Source: the human T2T-CHM13v2.0 reference genome, Homo sapiens. Taken from it: 64,000 nucleotides of DNA. Made by a program: the position numbers and the translations under genes. Positions 24,001-38,200 of the stretch are shown here, in pieces; the stretch's first letter is position 1, and each line of letters opens with the position of its first letter. The DNA lies in the NCBI RefSeq assembly GCF_009914755.1, contig NC_060929.1; one strand, given 5' to 3'. Under the pieces are notes generated by a model. The model did not search any database, was not told where the DNA came from, and was given only the letters and a program-made list of their open reading frames with translations.

Positions 24001-27000
24001 TGGAAACGGGATTTCTTCATATTCTGCTAGACAGAAGAATTCTCAGAATCTTCCTTGTGTTGTGTGTATTCAACTCACAGAGTTGAACGATGGTTTACAC
24101 AGAGCAGATTTGAAACACTCTTTTTGTGGAATTTGCAAGTGGAGATTTCAGCCGCTTTGAGGTCAATGGTAGAAAAGGAAATATCTTCGTATAAAAACTA
24201 GACAGAATGATTCTCAGAAACTTCTTTGTGATGTGTGCGTTCAACTCACAGAGTTTAACTTTTCTTTTCATAGAGCAGTTAGGAAACACTCTGTTTGTAA
24301 ACTCTGCAAGTGGATATTCAGACCTCTTTGAGGCCTTCGCTGGAAACGGGATTTCTTCATACTGTGCTAGACAGAAGAATTCTCAGTAACTTCCTTGTGT
24401 TGTGTGTATTCAACTCACAGAGTTGAACGATCCTTTACACAGAGCAGACTTGAAACACTCTTTTTGTGGAATTTGCAAGTGGAGATTTCAGCCGCGTTGA
24501 GGTCAATGGTAGAAAAGGAAATATTTTCGTATAAAAACTAGACAGAATGATTCTCAGAAACTCCTTTGAGATGTGTGTGTTCAACTCACAGAGTTTAACC
24601 TTTCTTTTCATAGAGCAGTTAGGAATCACTCTGTTTGTAAAGTCTGCAAGTGGATATTCAGACCTCTTTGAGGCCTTCGTTGGAAACGGGTTTTTTTCAT
24701 ATAAGGCTAGACAGAAGAATTCCCAGTAACTTCCTTGTGATGTGTGTGTTCAACTCACAGAGTTGAACTTTCATTTACACAGAGCAGATTTGAAACACTC
24801 TTTTTGTGGAATTTGCAAATGGAGATTTCAAGCGCTTTGAGGCCAAAGGCAGAAAAGGAAATATCTTCGTATAAAAACTAGACAGAATCATTCTCAGAAA
24901 CTGCTCTGCGATGTGTGCGTTCAACTCTCAGAGTTTAACTTTGCTTTTCATTCAGCAGTTTGGAAACACTCTGTTTGTAAAGTCTGCACGTGGATAATTT
25001 GACCACTTAGAGGCCTTCGTTGGAAACGGGTTTTTTTCATGTAAGGCTAGACAGAAGAATTCTCAGTAACTTCCTTGTGTTGTGTGTATTCAACTCACAC
25101 AGTTGAACGATCCTTTACACAGAGCAGACTTGTAACACTCTTTTTGTGGAATTTGCAAGTGGAGATTTCAGCCGCTTTGAAGTCAAATGTAGAAAAGGAA
25201 ATATCTTCCTATAAAAACTAGACAGAATGATTCTCAGAAACTCCTTTGTGATGTGTGCGTTCAACTCACAGAGTTTAACCTTTCTTTTCATAGAGCAGTT
25301 AGGAAACACTCTGTTTGTAAAGTCTGCAAGTGGATATTCAGACCTCTTTGTGGCCTTCGTTGGAAACGGGTTTTTTTCATATAAGGCTAGACAGAAGAAT
25401 TCCCAGTAACTTCCTTGTGTTGTGTGTGTTCAACTCACAGAGTTGAACTTTCATTTACACAGAGCAGATTTGAAACACTCTTTTTGTGGAATTTGCAGGT
25501 GGAGATTTCAAGCGCTTTGAGGCCAAAGGCAGAAAAGGAAATATCTTCGTATAAAAACTAGACAGAATCATTCTCAGAAACTGCTCTGCGATGTGTGCGT
25601 TCAACTCTCAGAGTTTAACTTTTCTTTTCATTCAGCAGTTTGGAAACACTCTGTTTGTAAAGTCTGCACGTGGATAATTTGACCACTTAGAGGCCTTCGT
25701 TGGAAACGGGTTTTTTTCATGTAAGGCTAGACAGAAGAATTCTCAGTAACTTCCTTGTGTTGTGTGTATTCAACTCACAGAGTTGAACGATCCTTTACAC
25801 AGAGCAGACTTGTAACACTCTTTTTGTGGAATTTGCAAGTGGAGATTTCAGCCGCTTTGAATTCAAAGGTAGAAAAGGAAATATCTTCCTATAAAAACTA
25901 GACAGAATGATTCTCAGAAACTCCTTTGTGATGTGTGCGTTCAACTCACAGAGTTTAACCTTTCTTTTCATAGAGCAGTTAGGAAACACTCTGCTTGTAA
26001 AGTCTGCAAGTGGATATTCAGCCCTCTTTGAGGCCTTCGTTGGAAACGGGTTTTTTTCATATAAGGCTAGACAGAAGAATTCCCAGTAACTTCCTTGTGT
26101 TGTGTGTGTTCAACTCACAGAGTTGAACTTTCATTTACACAGAGCAGATTTGAAACACTCTTTTTGTGGAATTTGCAAGTGGAGATTTCAAGCGCTTTGA
26201 GGCCAAAGGCAGAAAAGGAAATATCTTCGTATAAAAACTAGACAGAATCATTCTCAGAAACTGCTCTGCGATGTGTGCGTTCAACTCTCAGAGTTTAACT
26301 TTTCTTTTCATTCAGCAGTTTGGAAACACTCTGTTTGTAAAGTCTGCACGTGGATATTTTGACCACTTAGAGGCCTTCGTTGGAAACGGGTTTTTTTCCT
26401 GTAAGGCTAGACAGAAGAATTCCCAGTAACTTCCTTGTGTTGTGTACATTCAACTCACAGAGTTGAACGTTCCCTTAGACAGAGCAGATTTGAAACACTC
26501 TTTTTGTGCAATTGGCAAGTGGAGATTTCAAGCGCTTTAAGGTCAATGGCAGAAAAGGAAATATCTTCGTTTCAAAACTAGACAGAATCATTCCCACAAA
26601 CTGCGTTGTGATGTGTTCGTTCATCTCACAGAGTTTAACCTTTCTTTTCATAGAGCAGTTAGGAAACACTCTGTTTGTAAATTCTGTAAGTGGATATTCT
26701 GACATCTTGTGGCCTTCGTTGGAAACGGGATTTCTTCATATTCTGCTAGACAGAAGAATTCTCAGAATCTTCCTTGTGTTGTGTGTATTCAACTCACACA
26801 GTTGAACGATGGTTTACACAGAGCAGATTTGAAACACTCTTTTTGTGGAATTTGCAAGTGGAGATTTCAGCCGCTTTGAGGTCAATAGTAGAAAAGGAAA
26901 TATCTTCGTATAAAAACTAGACAGAATGATTCTCAGAAACTTCTTTGTGATGTGTGCGTTCAACTCACAGAGTTTAACCTTTCTTTTCATAGAGCAGTTA

Positions 27001-29223
27001 GGAAACACTCTGTTTTTAAACTCTGCATGTGGATATTCAGACCTCTTTGAGGCCTTCGTTGGAAACGGGATTTCTTCATACTGTGCTAGACAGAAGAATT
27101 CTCAGTAACTTCCTTGTGTTGTGTGTATTCAACTCACAGAGTTGAAGGATCCTTTACACAGAGCAGACTTGAAACACTCTTTTTGTGGAATTTGCAAGTG
27201 GAGATTTCAGCCGCGTTGAGGTCAATGGTAGAAAAGGAAATATCTTCGTATAAAAACTAGACAGAATGATTCTCAGAAACTCCTTTGAGATGTGTGTGTT
27301 CAACTCACAGAGTTTAACCTTTCTTTTCATAGAGCAGTTAGGAATCACTCTGTTTGTAAAGTCTGCAAGTGGATATTCAGACCTCTTTGAGGCCTTCGTT
27401 GGAAACGGGTTTTTTTCATATAAGGCTAGACAGAAGAATTCCCAGTAACTTCCTTGTGTTGTGTGTGTTCAACTTACAGAGTTGAACTTTCATTTACACA
27501 GAGCAGATTTGAAACACTCTTTTTGTGGAATTTGCAAGTGGAGATTTCAAGCGCTTTGAGGCCAAAGGCAGAAAAGGAAATATCTTCGTATAAAAACTAG
27601 ACAGAATCATTCTCAGAAACTGCTCTGTGATGTGTGCGTTGAACTCTCAGAGTTTAACTTTTCTTTTCATTCAGCAGTTTGGAAACACTCTGTTTGTAAA
27701 GTCTGCACGTGGATAATTTGACCACTTAGAGGCCTTCGTTGGAAACGGGTTTTTTTCATGTAAGGCTAGACAGAAGAGTTCTCAGTAACTTCCTTGTGTT
27801 GTGTGTATTCCACTCACACAGTTGAACGATCCTTTACACAGAGCAGACTTGTAACACTCTTTTTGTGGAATTTGCAAGTGGAGATTTCAGCCGCTTTGAA
27901 GTCAAAGTAGAAAAGGAAATATCTTCCTATAAAAACTAGACAGAATGATTCTCAGAAACTCCTTTGTGATGTGTGCGTTCAACTCACAGAGTTTAACCTT
28001 TCTTTTCATAGAGCAGTTAGGAAACACTCTGTTTGTAAAGTCTGCAAGTGGATATTCAGACCTCTTTGAGGCCTTCGTTGGAAACGGGTTTTTTTCATAT
28101 AAGGCTAGACAGAAGAATTCCCAGTAACTTCCTTGTGTTGTGTGTGTTCAACTCACAGAGTTGAACTTTCATTTACACAGAGCAGATTTGAAACACTCTT
28201 TTTGTGGAATTTGCAAGTGGAGATTTCAAGCGCTTTGAGGCCAAAGGCAGAAAAGGAAATATCTTCGTATAAAAACTAGACAGAATCATTCTCAGAAACT
28301 GCTCTGCGATGTGTGCGTTCAACTCTCAGAGTTTAACTTTTCTTTTCATTCAGCAGTTTGGAAACACTCTGTTTGTAAAGTCTGCACGTGGATAATTTGA
28401 CCACTTAGAGGCCTTCCTTGGAAACGGGTTTTTTTCATGTAAGGCTAGACAGAAGAATTCTCAGTAACTTCCTTGTGTTGTGTGTATTCAACTCACAGAG
28501 TTGAACGATCCTTTACACAGAGCAGACTTGTAACACTCTTTTTGTGGAATTTGCAAGTGGAGATTTCAGCCGCTTTGAAGTCAAAGGTAGAAAAGGAAAT
28601 ATCTTCCTATAAAAACTAGACAGAATGATTCTCAGAAACTCCTTTGTGATGTGTGCGTTCAACTCACAGAGTTTAACCTTTCTTTTCATAGAGCAGTTAG
28701 GAAACACTCTGCTTGTAAAGTCTGCAAGTGGATATTCAGCCCTCTTTGAGGCCTTCGTTGGAAACGGGTTTTTTTCATATAAGGCTAGACAGAAGAATTC
28801 CCAGTAACTTCCTTGTGTTGTGTGTGTTCAACTCACAGAGTTGAACTTTGATTTACACAGAGCAGATTTGAAACACTCTTTTTGTGGAATTTGCAAGTGG
28901 AGATTTCAAGCGCTTTGAGGCCAAAGGCAGAAAAGGAAATATCTTCGTATAAAAACTAGACAGAATCATTCTCAGAAACTGCTCTGCGATGTGTGCGTTC
29001 AACTCTCAGAGTTTAACTTTTCTTTTCATTCAGCAGTTTGGAAACACTCTGTTTGTGAAGTCTGCACGTGGATATTTTGACCACTTAGAGGCCTTCGTTG
29101 GAAAAGGGTTTTTTTCCTGTAACGCTAGACAGAAGAATTCCCAGTAACTTCCTTGTGTTGTGTACATTCAACTCACAGAGTTGAACGTTCCCTTAGACAG
29201 AGCAGATTTGAAACACTCTTTTT
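21069..29223 (+). repeat. Three 16-mer HORs, duplicate of 1028-9182
   Basis: Marker at 21069, 23787, 26506 and 29224, with the same spacings and private SNPs at offset +20041. Confidence 0.93.
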
Positions 29224-32200
29224 GTGCAATTGGCAAGTGGAGATTTCAAGCGCTTTAAGGTCAATGGCAGAAAAGGAAATATCTTCGTTTCAAAACTAGA
29301 CAGAATCATTCCCACAAACTGCGTTGTGATGTGTTCGTTCATCTCACAGAGTTTAACCTTTCTTTTCATAGAGCAGTTAGGAAACACTCTGTTTGTAAAT
29401 TCTGTAAGTGGATATTCTGACATCTTGTGGCCTTCGTTGGAAACGGGATTTCTTCATATTCTGCTAGACAGAAGAATTCTCAGAATCTTCCTTGTGTTGT
29501 GTGTATTCAACTCACACAGTTGAACGATGGTTTACACAGAGCAGATTTGAAACACTCTTTTTGTGGAATTTGCAAGTGGAGATTTCAGCCGCTTTGAGGT
29601 CAATGGTAGAAAAGGAAATATCTTCGTATAAAAACTAGACAGAATGATTCTCAGAAACTCCTTTGTGATGTGTGCGTTCAACTCACAGAGTTTAACCTTT
29701 CTTTTCATAGAGCAGTTAGGAAACACTCTGTTTGTAAACTCTGTAAGTGGATATTCAGACCTCTTTGAGGCCTTCGTTGGAAACGGGATTTCTTCATACT
29801 GTGCTAGACAGAAGAATTCTCAGTAACTTCCTTGTGTTGTGTGTATTCAACTCACAGAGTTGAACGATCCTTTACACAGAGCAGACTTGAAACACTCTTT
29901 TTGTGGAATTTGCAAGTGGAGATTTCAGCCGCTTTGAGGTCAATGGTAGAAAAGGAAATATCTTCGTATAAAAACTAGACAGAATGATTCTCAGAAACTC
30001 CTTTGAGATGTGTGTGTTCAACTCACAGAGTTTAACCTTTCTTTTCATAGAGCAGTTAGGAATCACTCTGTTTGTAAAGTCTGCAAGTGGATATTCAGAC
30101 CTCTTTGAGGCCTTCGTTGGAAACGGGTTTTTTTCATATAAGGCTAGACAGAAGAATTCCCAGTAACTTCCTTGTGTTGTGTGTGTTCAACTCACAGAGT
30201 TGAACTTTCATTTACACAGAGCAGATTTGAAACACTCTTTTTGTGGAATTTGCAAATGGAGATTTCAAGCGCTTTGAGGCCAAAGGCAGAAAAGGAAATA
30301 TCTTCGTATAAAAACTAGACAGAATCATTCTCAGAAACTGCTCTGCGATGTGTGCGTTCAACTCTCAGAGTTTAACTTTGCTTTTCATTCAGCAGTTTGG
30401 AAACACTCTGTTTGTAAAGTCTGCACGTGGATAATTTGACCACTTAGAGGCCTTCGTTGGAAACGGGTTTTTTTCATGTAAGGCTAGACAGAAGAATTCT
30501 CAGTAACTTCCTTGTGTTGTGTGTATTCAACTCACACAGTTGAACGATCCTTTACACAGAGCAGACTTGTAACACTCTTTTTGTGGAATTTGCAAGTGGA
30601 GATTTCAGCCGCTTTGAAGTCAAATGTAGAAAAGGAAATATCTTCCTATAAAAACTAGACAGAATGATTCTCAGAAACTCCTTTGTGATGTGTGCGTTCA
30701 ACTCACAGAGTTTAACCTTTCTTTTCATAGAGCAGTTAGGAAACACTCTGTTTGTAAAGTCTGCAAGTGGATATTCAGACCTCTTTGAGGCCTTCGTTGG
30801 AAACGGGTTTTTTTCATATAAGGCTAGACAGAAGAATTCCCAGTAACTTCCTTGTGTTGTGTGTGTTCAACTCACAGAGTTGAACTTTCATTTACACAGA
30901 GCAGATTTGAAACACTCTTTTTGTGGAATTTGCAGTTGGAGATTTCAAGCGCTTTGAGGCCAAAGGCAGAAAAGGAAATATCTTCGTATAAAAACTAGAC
31001 AGAATCATTCTCAGAAACTGCTCTGTGATGTGTGCGTTCAACTCTCAGAGTTTAACTTTTCTTTTCATTCAGCAGTTTGGAAACACTCTGTTTGTAAAGT
31101 CTGCACGTGGATAATTTGACCACTTAGAGGCCTTCGTTGGAAACGGGTTTTTTTCATGTAAGGCTAGAGAGAAGAGTTCTCAGTAACTTCCTTGTGTTGT
31201 GTGTATTCAACTCACACAGTTGAACGATCCTTTACACAGAGCAGACTTGTAACACTCTTTTTGTGGAATTTGCAAGTGGAGATTTCAGCCGCTTTGAAGT
31301 CAAAGTAGAAAAGGAAATATCTTCCTATAAAAACTAGACAGAATGATTCTCAGAAACTCCTTTGTGATGTGTGCGTTCAACTCACAGAGTTTAACCTTTC
31401 TTTTCATAGAGCAGTTAGGAAACACTCTGTTTGTAAAGTCTGCAAGTGGATATTCAGACCTCTTTGAGGCCTTCGTTGGAAACGGGTTTTTTTCATATAA
31501 GGCTAGACAGAAGAATTCCCAGTAACTTCCTTGTGTTGTGTGTGTTCAACTCACAGAGTTGAACTTTCATTTACACAGAGCAGATTTGAAACACTCTTTT
31601 TGTGGAATTTGCAGGTGGAGATTTCAAGCGCTTTGAGGCCAAAGGCAGAAAAGGAAATATCTTCGTATAAAAACTAGACAGAATCATTCTCAGAAACTGC
31701 TCTGCGATGTGTGCGTTCAACTCTCAGAGTTTAACTTTTCTTTTCATTCAGCAGTTTGGAAACACTCTGTTTGTAAAGTCTGCACGTGGATAACTTGACC
31801 ACTTAGAGGCCTTCGTTGGAAACGGGTTTTTTTCATGTAAGGCTAGACAGAAGAATTCTCAGTAACTTCCTTGTGTTGTGTGTATTCAACTCACAGAGTT
31901 GAACGATCCTTTACACAGAGCAGACTTGTAACACTCTTTTTGTGGAATTTGCAAGTGGAGATTTCAGCCGCTTTGAAGTCAAAGGTAGAAAAGGAAATAT
32001 CTTCCTATAAAAACTAGACAGAATGATTCTCAGAAACTCCTTTGTGATGTGTGCGTTCAACTCACAGAGTTTAACCTTTCTTTTCATAGAGCAGTTAGGA
32101 AACACTCTGCTTGTAAAGTCTGCAAGTGGATATTCAGCCCTCTTTGAGGCCTTCGTTGGAAACGGGTTTTTTTCATATAAGGCTAGACAGAAGAATTCCC

Positions 32201-35200
32201 AGTAACTTCCTTGTGTTGTGTGTGTTCAACTCACAGAGTTGAACTTTCATTTACACAGAGCAGATTTGAAACACTCTTCTTGTGGAATTTGCAAGTGGAG
32301 ATTTCAAGCGCTTTGAGGCCAAAGGCAGAAAAGGAAATATCTTCGTATAAAAACTAGACAGAATCATTCTCAGAAACTGCTCTGCGATGTGTGCGTTCAA
32401 CTCTCAGAGTTTAACTTTTCTTTTCATTCAGCAGTTTGGAAACACTCTGTTTGTGAAGTCTGCACGTGGATATTTTGTCCACTTAGAGGCCTTCGTTGGA
32501 AACGGGTTTTTTTCCTGTAAGGCTAGACAGAAGAATTCCCAGTAACTTCCTTGTGTTGTGTACATTCAACTCACAGAGTTGAACGTTCCCTTAGACAGAG
32601 CAGATTTGAAACACTCTTTTTGTGCAATTGGCAAGTGGAGATTTCAAGCGCTTTAAGGTCAATGGCAGAAAAGGAAATATCTTCGTTTCAAAACTAGACA
32701 GAATCATTCCCACAAACTGCGTTGTGATGTGTTCGTTCATCTCACAGAGTTTAACCTTTCTTTTCATAGAGCAGTTAGGAAACACTCTGTTTGTAAATTC
32801 TGTAAGTGGATATTCTGACATCTTGTGGCCTTCGTTGGAAACGGGATTTCTTCATATTCTGCTAGACAGAAGAATTCTCAGAATCTTCCTTGTGTTGTGT
32901 GTATTCAACTCACAGAGTTGAACGATGGTTTACACAGAGCAGATTTGAAACACTCTTTTTGTGGAATTTGCAAGTGGAGATTTCAGCCGCTTTGAGGTCA
33001 ATGGTAGAAAAGGAAATATCTTCGTATAAAAACTAGACAGAATGATTCTCAGAAACTTCTTTGTGATGTGTGCGTTCAACTCACAGAGTTTAACTTTTCT
33101 TTTCATAGAGCAGTTAGGAAACACTCTGTTTGTAAACTCTGCAAGTGGATATTCAGACCTCTTTGAGGCCTTCGTTGGAAACGGGATTTCTTCATACTGT
33201 GCTAGACAGAAGAATTCTCAGTAACTTCCTTGTGTTGTGTGTATTCAACTCACAGAGTTGAACGATCCTTTACACAGAGCAGACTTGAAACACTCTTTTT
33301 GTGGAATTTGCAAGTGGAGATTTCAGCCGCGTTGAGGTCAATGGTAGAAAAGGAAATATTTTCGTATAAAAACTAGACAGAATGATTCTCAGAAACTCCT
33401 TTGAGATGTGTGTGTTCAACTCACAGAGTTTAACCTTTCTTTTCATAGAGCAGTTAGGAATCACTCTGTTTGTAAAGTCTGCAAGTGGATATTCAGACCT
33501 CTTTGAGGCCTTCGTTGGAAACGGGTTTTTTTCATATAAGGCTAGACAGAAGAATTCCCAGTAACTTCCTTGTGATGTGTGTGTTCAACTCACAGAGTTG
33601 AACTTTCATTTACACAGAGCAGATTTGAAACACTCTTTTTGTGGAATTTGCAAATGGAGATTTCAAGCGCTTTGAGGCCAAAGGCAGAAAAGGAAATATC
33701 TTCGTATAAAAACTAGACAGAATCATTCTCAGAAACTGCTCTGCGATGTGTGCGTTCAACTCTCAGAGTTTAACTTTGCTTTTCATTCAGCAGTTTGGAA
33801 ACACTCTGTTTGTAAAGTCTGCACGTGGATAATTTGACCACTTAGAGGCCTTCGTTGGAAACGGGTTTTTTTCATGTAAGGCTAGACAGAAGAATTCTCA
33901 GTAACTTCCTTGTGTTGTGTGTATTCAACTCACACAGTTGAACGATCCTTTACACAGAGCAGACTTGTAACACTCTTTTTGTGGAATTTGCAAGTGGAGA
34001 TTTCAGCCGCTTTGAAGTCAAATGTAGAAAAGGAAATATCTTCCTATAAAAACTAGACAGAATGATTCTCAGAAACTCCTTTGTGATGTGTGCGTTCAAC
34101 TCACAGAGTTTAACCTTTCTTTTCATAGAGCAGTTAGGAAACACTCTGTTTGTAAAGTCTGCAAGTGGATATTCAGACCTCTTTGTGGCCTTCGTTGGAA
34201 ACGGGTTTTTTTCATATAAGGCTAGACAGAAGAATTCCCAGTAACTTCCTTGTGTTGTGTGTGTTCAACTCACAGAGTTGAACTTTCATTTACACAGAGC
34301 AGATTTGAAACACTCTTTTTGTGGAATTTGCAGGTGGAGATTTCAAGCGCTTTGAGGCCAAAGGCAGAAAAGGAAATATCTTCGTATAAAAACTAGACAG
34401 AATCATTCTCAGAAACTGCTCTGCGATGTGTGCGTTCAACTCTCAGAGTTTAACTTTTCTTTTCATTCAGCAGTTTGGAAACACTCTGTTTGTAAAGTCT
34501 GCACGTGGATAATTTGACCACTTAGAGGCCTTCGTTGGAAACGGGTTTTTTTCATGTAAGGCTAGACAGAAGAATTCTCAGTAACTTCCTTGTGTTGTGT
34601 GTATTCAACTCACAGAGTTGAACGATCCTTTACACAGAGCAGACTTGTAACACTCTTTTTGTGGAATTTGCAAGTGGAGATTTCAGCCGCTTTGAATTCA
34701 AAGGTAGAAAAGGAAATATCTTCCTATAAAAACTAGACAGAATGATTCTCAGAAACTCCTTTGTGATGTGTGCGTTCAACTCACAGAGTTTAACCTTTCT
34801 TTTCATAGAGCAGTTAGGAAACACTCTGCTTGTAAAGTCTGCAAGTGGATATTCAGCCCTCTTTGAGGCCTTCGTTGGAAACGGGTTTTTTTCATATAAG
34901 GCTAGACAGAAGAATTCCCAGTAACTTCCTTGTGTTGTGTGTGTTCAACTCACAGAGTTGAACTTTCATTTACACAGAGCAGATTTGAAACACTCTTTTT
35001 GTGGAATTTGCAAGTGGAGATTTCAAGCGCTTTGAGGCCAAAGGCAGAAAAGGAAATATCTTCGTATAAAAACTAGACAGAATCATTCTCAGAAACTGCT
35101 CTGCGATGTGTGCGTTCAACTCTCAGAGTTTAACTTTTCTTTTCATTCAGCAGTTTGGAAACACTCTGTTTGTAAAGTCTGCACGTGGATATTTTGACCA

Positions 35201-38200
35201 CTTAGAGGCCTTCGTTGGAAACGGGTTTTTTTCCTGTAAGGCTAGACAGAAGAATTCCCAGTAACTTCCTTGTGTTGTGTACATTCAACTCACAGAGTTG
35301 AACGTTCCCTTAGACAGAGCAGATTTGAAACACTCTTTTTGTGCAATTGGCAAGTGGAGATTTCAAGCGCTTTAAGGTCAATGGCAGAAAAGGAAATATC
35401 TTCGTTTCAAAACTAGACAGAATCATTCCCACAAACTGCGTTGTGATGTGTTCGTTCATCTCACAGAGTTTAACCTTTCTTTTCATAGAGCAGTTAGGAA
35501 ACACTCTGTTTGTAAATTCTGTAAGTGGATATTCTGACATCTTGTGGCCTTCGTTGGAAACGGGATTTCTTCATATTCTGCTAGACAGAAGAATTCTCAG
35601 AATCTTCCTTGTGTTGTGTGTATTCAACTCACACAGTTGAACGATGGTTTACACAGAGCAGATTTGAAACACTCTTTTTGTGGAATTTGCAAGTGGAGAT
35701 TTCAGCCGCTTTGAGGTCAATGGTAGAAAAGGAAATATCTTCGTATAAAAACTAGACAGAATGATTCTCAGAAACTTCTTTGTGATGTGTGCGTTCAACT
35801 CACAGAGTTTAACCTTTCTTTTCATAGAGCAGTTAGGAAACACTCTGTTTTTAAACTCTGCATGTGGATATTCAGACCTCTTTGAGGCCTTCGTTGGAAA
35901 CGGGATTTCTTCATACTGTGCTAGACAGAAGAATTCTCAGTAACTTCCTTGTGTTGTGTGTATTCAACTCACAGAGTTGAAGGATCCTTTACACAGAGCA
36001 GACTTGAAACACTCTTTTTGTGGAATTTGCAAGTGGAGATTTCAGCCGCGTTGAGGTCAATGGTAGAAAAGGAAATATCTTCGTATAAAAACTAGACAGA
36101 ATGATTCTCAGAAACTCCTTTGAGATGTGTGTGTTCAACTCACAGAGTTTAACCTTTCTTTTCATAGAGCAGTTAGGAATCACTCTGTTTGTAAAGTCTG
36201 CAAGTGGATATTCAGACCTCTTTGAGGCCTTCGTTGGAAAAGGGTTTTTTTCATATAAGGCTAGAGAGAAGAATTCCCAGTAACTTCCTTGTGTTGTGTG
36301 TGTTCAACTCACAGAGTTGAACTTTCATTTACACAGAGCAGATTTGAAACACTCTTTTTGTGGAATTTGCAAGTGGAGATTTCAAGCGCTGTGAGGCCAA
36401 AGGCAGAAAAGGAAATATCTTCGTATAAAAACTAGACAGAATCATTCTCAGAAACTGCTCTGCGATGTGTGCGTTCAACTCTCAGAGTTTAACTTTTCTT
36501 TTCATTCAGCAGTTTGGAAACACTCTGTTTGTAAAGTCTGCACGTGGATAATTTGACCACTTAGAGGCCTTCGTTGGAAACGGGTTTTTTTCATGTAAGG
36601 CTAGACAGAAGAATTCTCAGTAACTTCCTTGTGTTGTGTGTATTCAACTCACACAGTTGAACGATCCTTTACACAGAGCAGACTTGTAACACTCTTTTTG
36701 TGGAATTTGCAAGTGGAGATTTCAGCCGCTTTGAAGTCAAATGTAGAAAAGGAAATATCTTCCTATAAAAACTAGACAGAATGATTCTCAGAAACTCCTT
36801 TGTGATGTGTGCGTTCAACTCACAGAGTTTAACCTTTCTTTTCATAGAGCAGTTAGGAAACACTCTGTTTGTAAAGTCTGCAAGTGGATATTCAGACCTC
36901 TTTGAGGCCTTCGTTGGAAACGGGTTTTTTTCATATAAGGCTAGACAGAAGAATTCCCAGTAACTTCCTTGTGTTGTGTGTGTTCAACTTACAGAGTTGA
37001 ACTTTCATTTACACAGAGCAGATTTGAAACACTCTTTTTGTGGAATTTGCAAGTGGAGATTTCAAGCGCTTTGAGGCCAAAGGCAGAAAAGGAAATATCT
37101 TCGTATAAAAACTAGACAGAATCATTCTCAGAAACTGCTCTGTGATGTGTGCGTTCAACTCTCAGAGTTTAACTTTTCTTTTCATTCAGCAGTTTGGAAA
37201 CACTCTGTTTGTAAAGTCTGCACGTGGATAATTTGACCACTTAGAGGCCTTCGTTGGAAACGGGTTTTTTTCATGTAAGGCTAGACAGAAGAGTTCTCAG
37301 TAACTTCCTTGTGTTGTGTGTATTCCACTCACACAGTTGAACGATCCTTTACACAGAGCAGACTTGTAACACTCTTTTTGTGGAATTTGCAAGTGGAGAT
37401 TTCAGCCGCTTTGAAGTCAAAGTAGAAAAGGAAATATCTTCCTATAAAAACTAGACAGAATGATTCTCAGAAACTCCTTTGTGATGTGTGCGTTCAACTC
37501 ACAGAGTTTAACCTTTCTTTTCATAGAGCAGTTAGGAAACACTCTGTTTGTAAAGTCTGCAAGTGGATATTCAGACCTCTTTGAGGCCTTCGTTGGAAAC
37601 GGGTTTTTTTCATATAAGGCTAGACAGAAGAATTCCCAGTAACTTCCTTGTGTTGTGTGTGTTCAACTCACAGAGTTGAACTTTGATTTACACAGAGCAG
37701 ATTTGAAACACTCTTTTTGTGGAATTTGCAGGTGGAGATTTCAAGCGCTTTGAGGCCAAAGGCAGAAAAGGAAATATCTTCGTATAAAAACTAGACAGAA
37801 TCATTCTCAGAAACTGCTCTGCGATGTGTGCGTTCAACTCTCAGAGTTTAACTTTGCTTTTCATTCAGCAGTTTGGAAACACTCTGTTTGTAAAGTCTGC
37901 ACGTGGATAACTTGACCACTTAGAGGCCTTCGTTGGAAACGGGTTTTTTTCATGTAAGGCTAGACAGAAGAATTCTCAGTAACTTCCTTGTGTTGTGTGT
38001 ATTCAACTCACAGAGTTGAACGATCCTTTACACAGAGCAGACTTGTAACACTCTTTTTGTGGAATTTGCAAGTGGAGATTTCAGCCGCTTTGAAGTCAAA
38101 GGTAGAAAAGGAAATATCTTCCTATAAAAACTAGACAGAATGATTCTCAGAAACTCCTTTGTGATGTGTGCGTTCAACTCACAGAGTTTAACCTTTCTTT

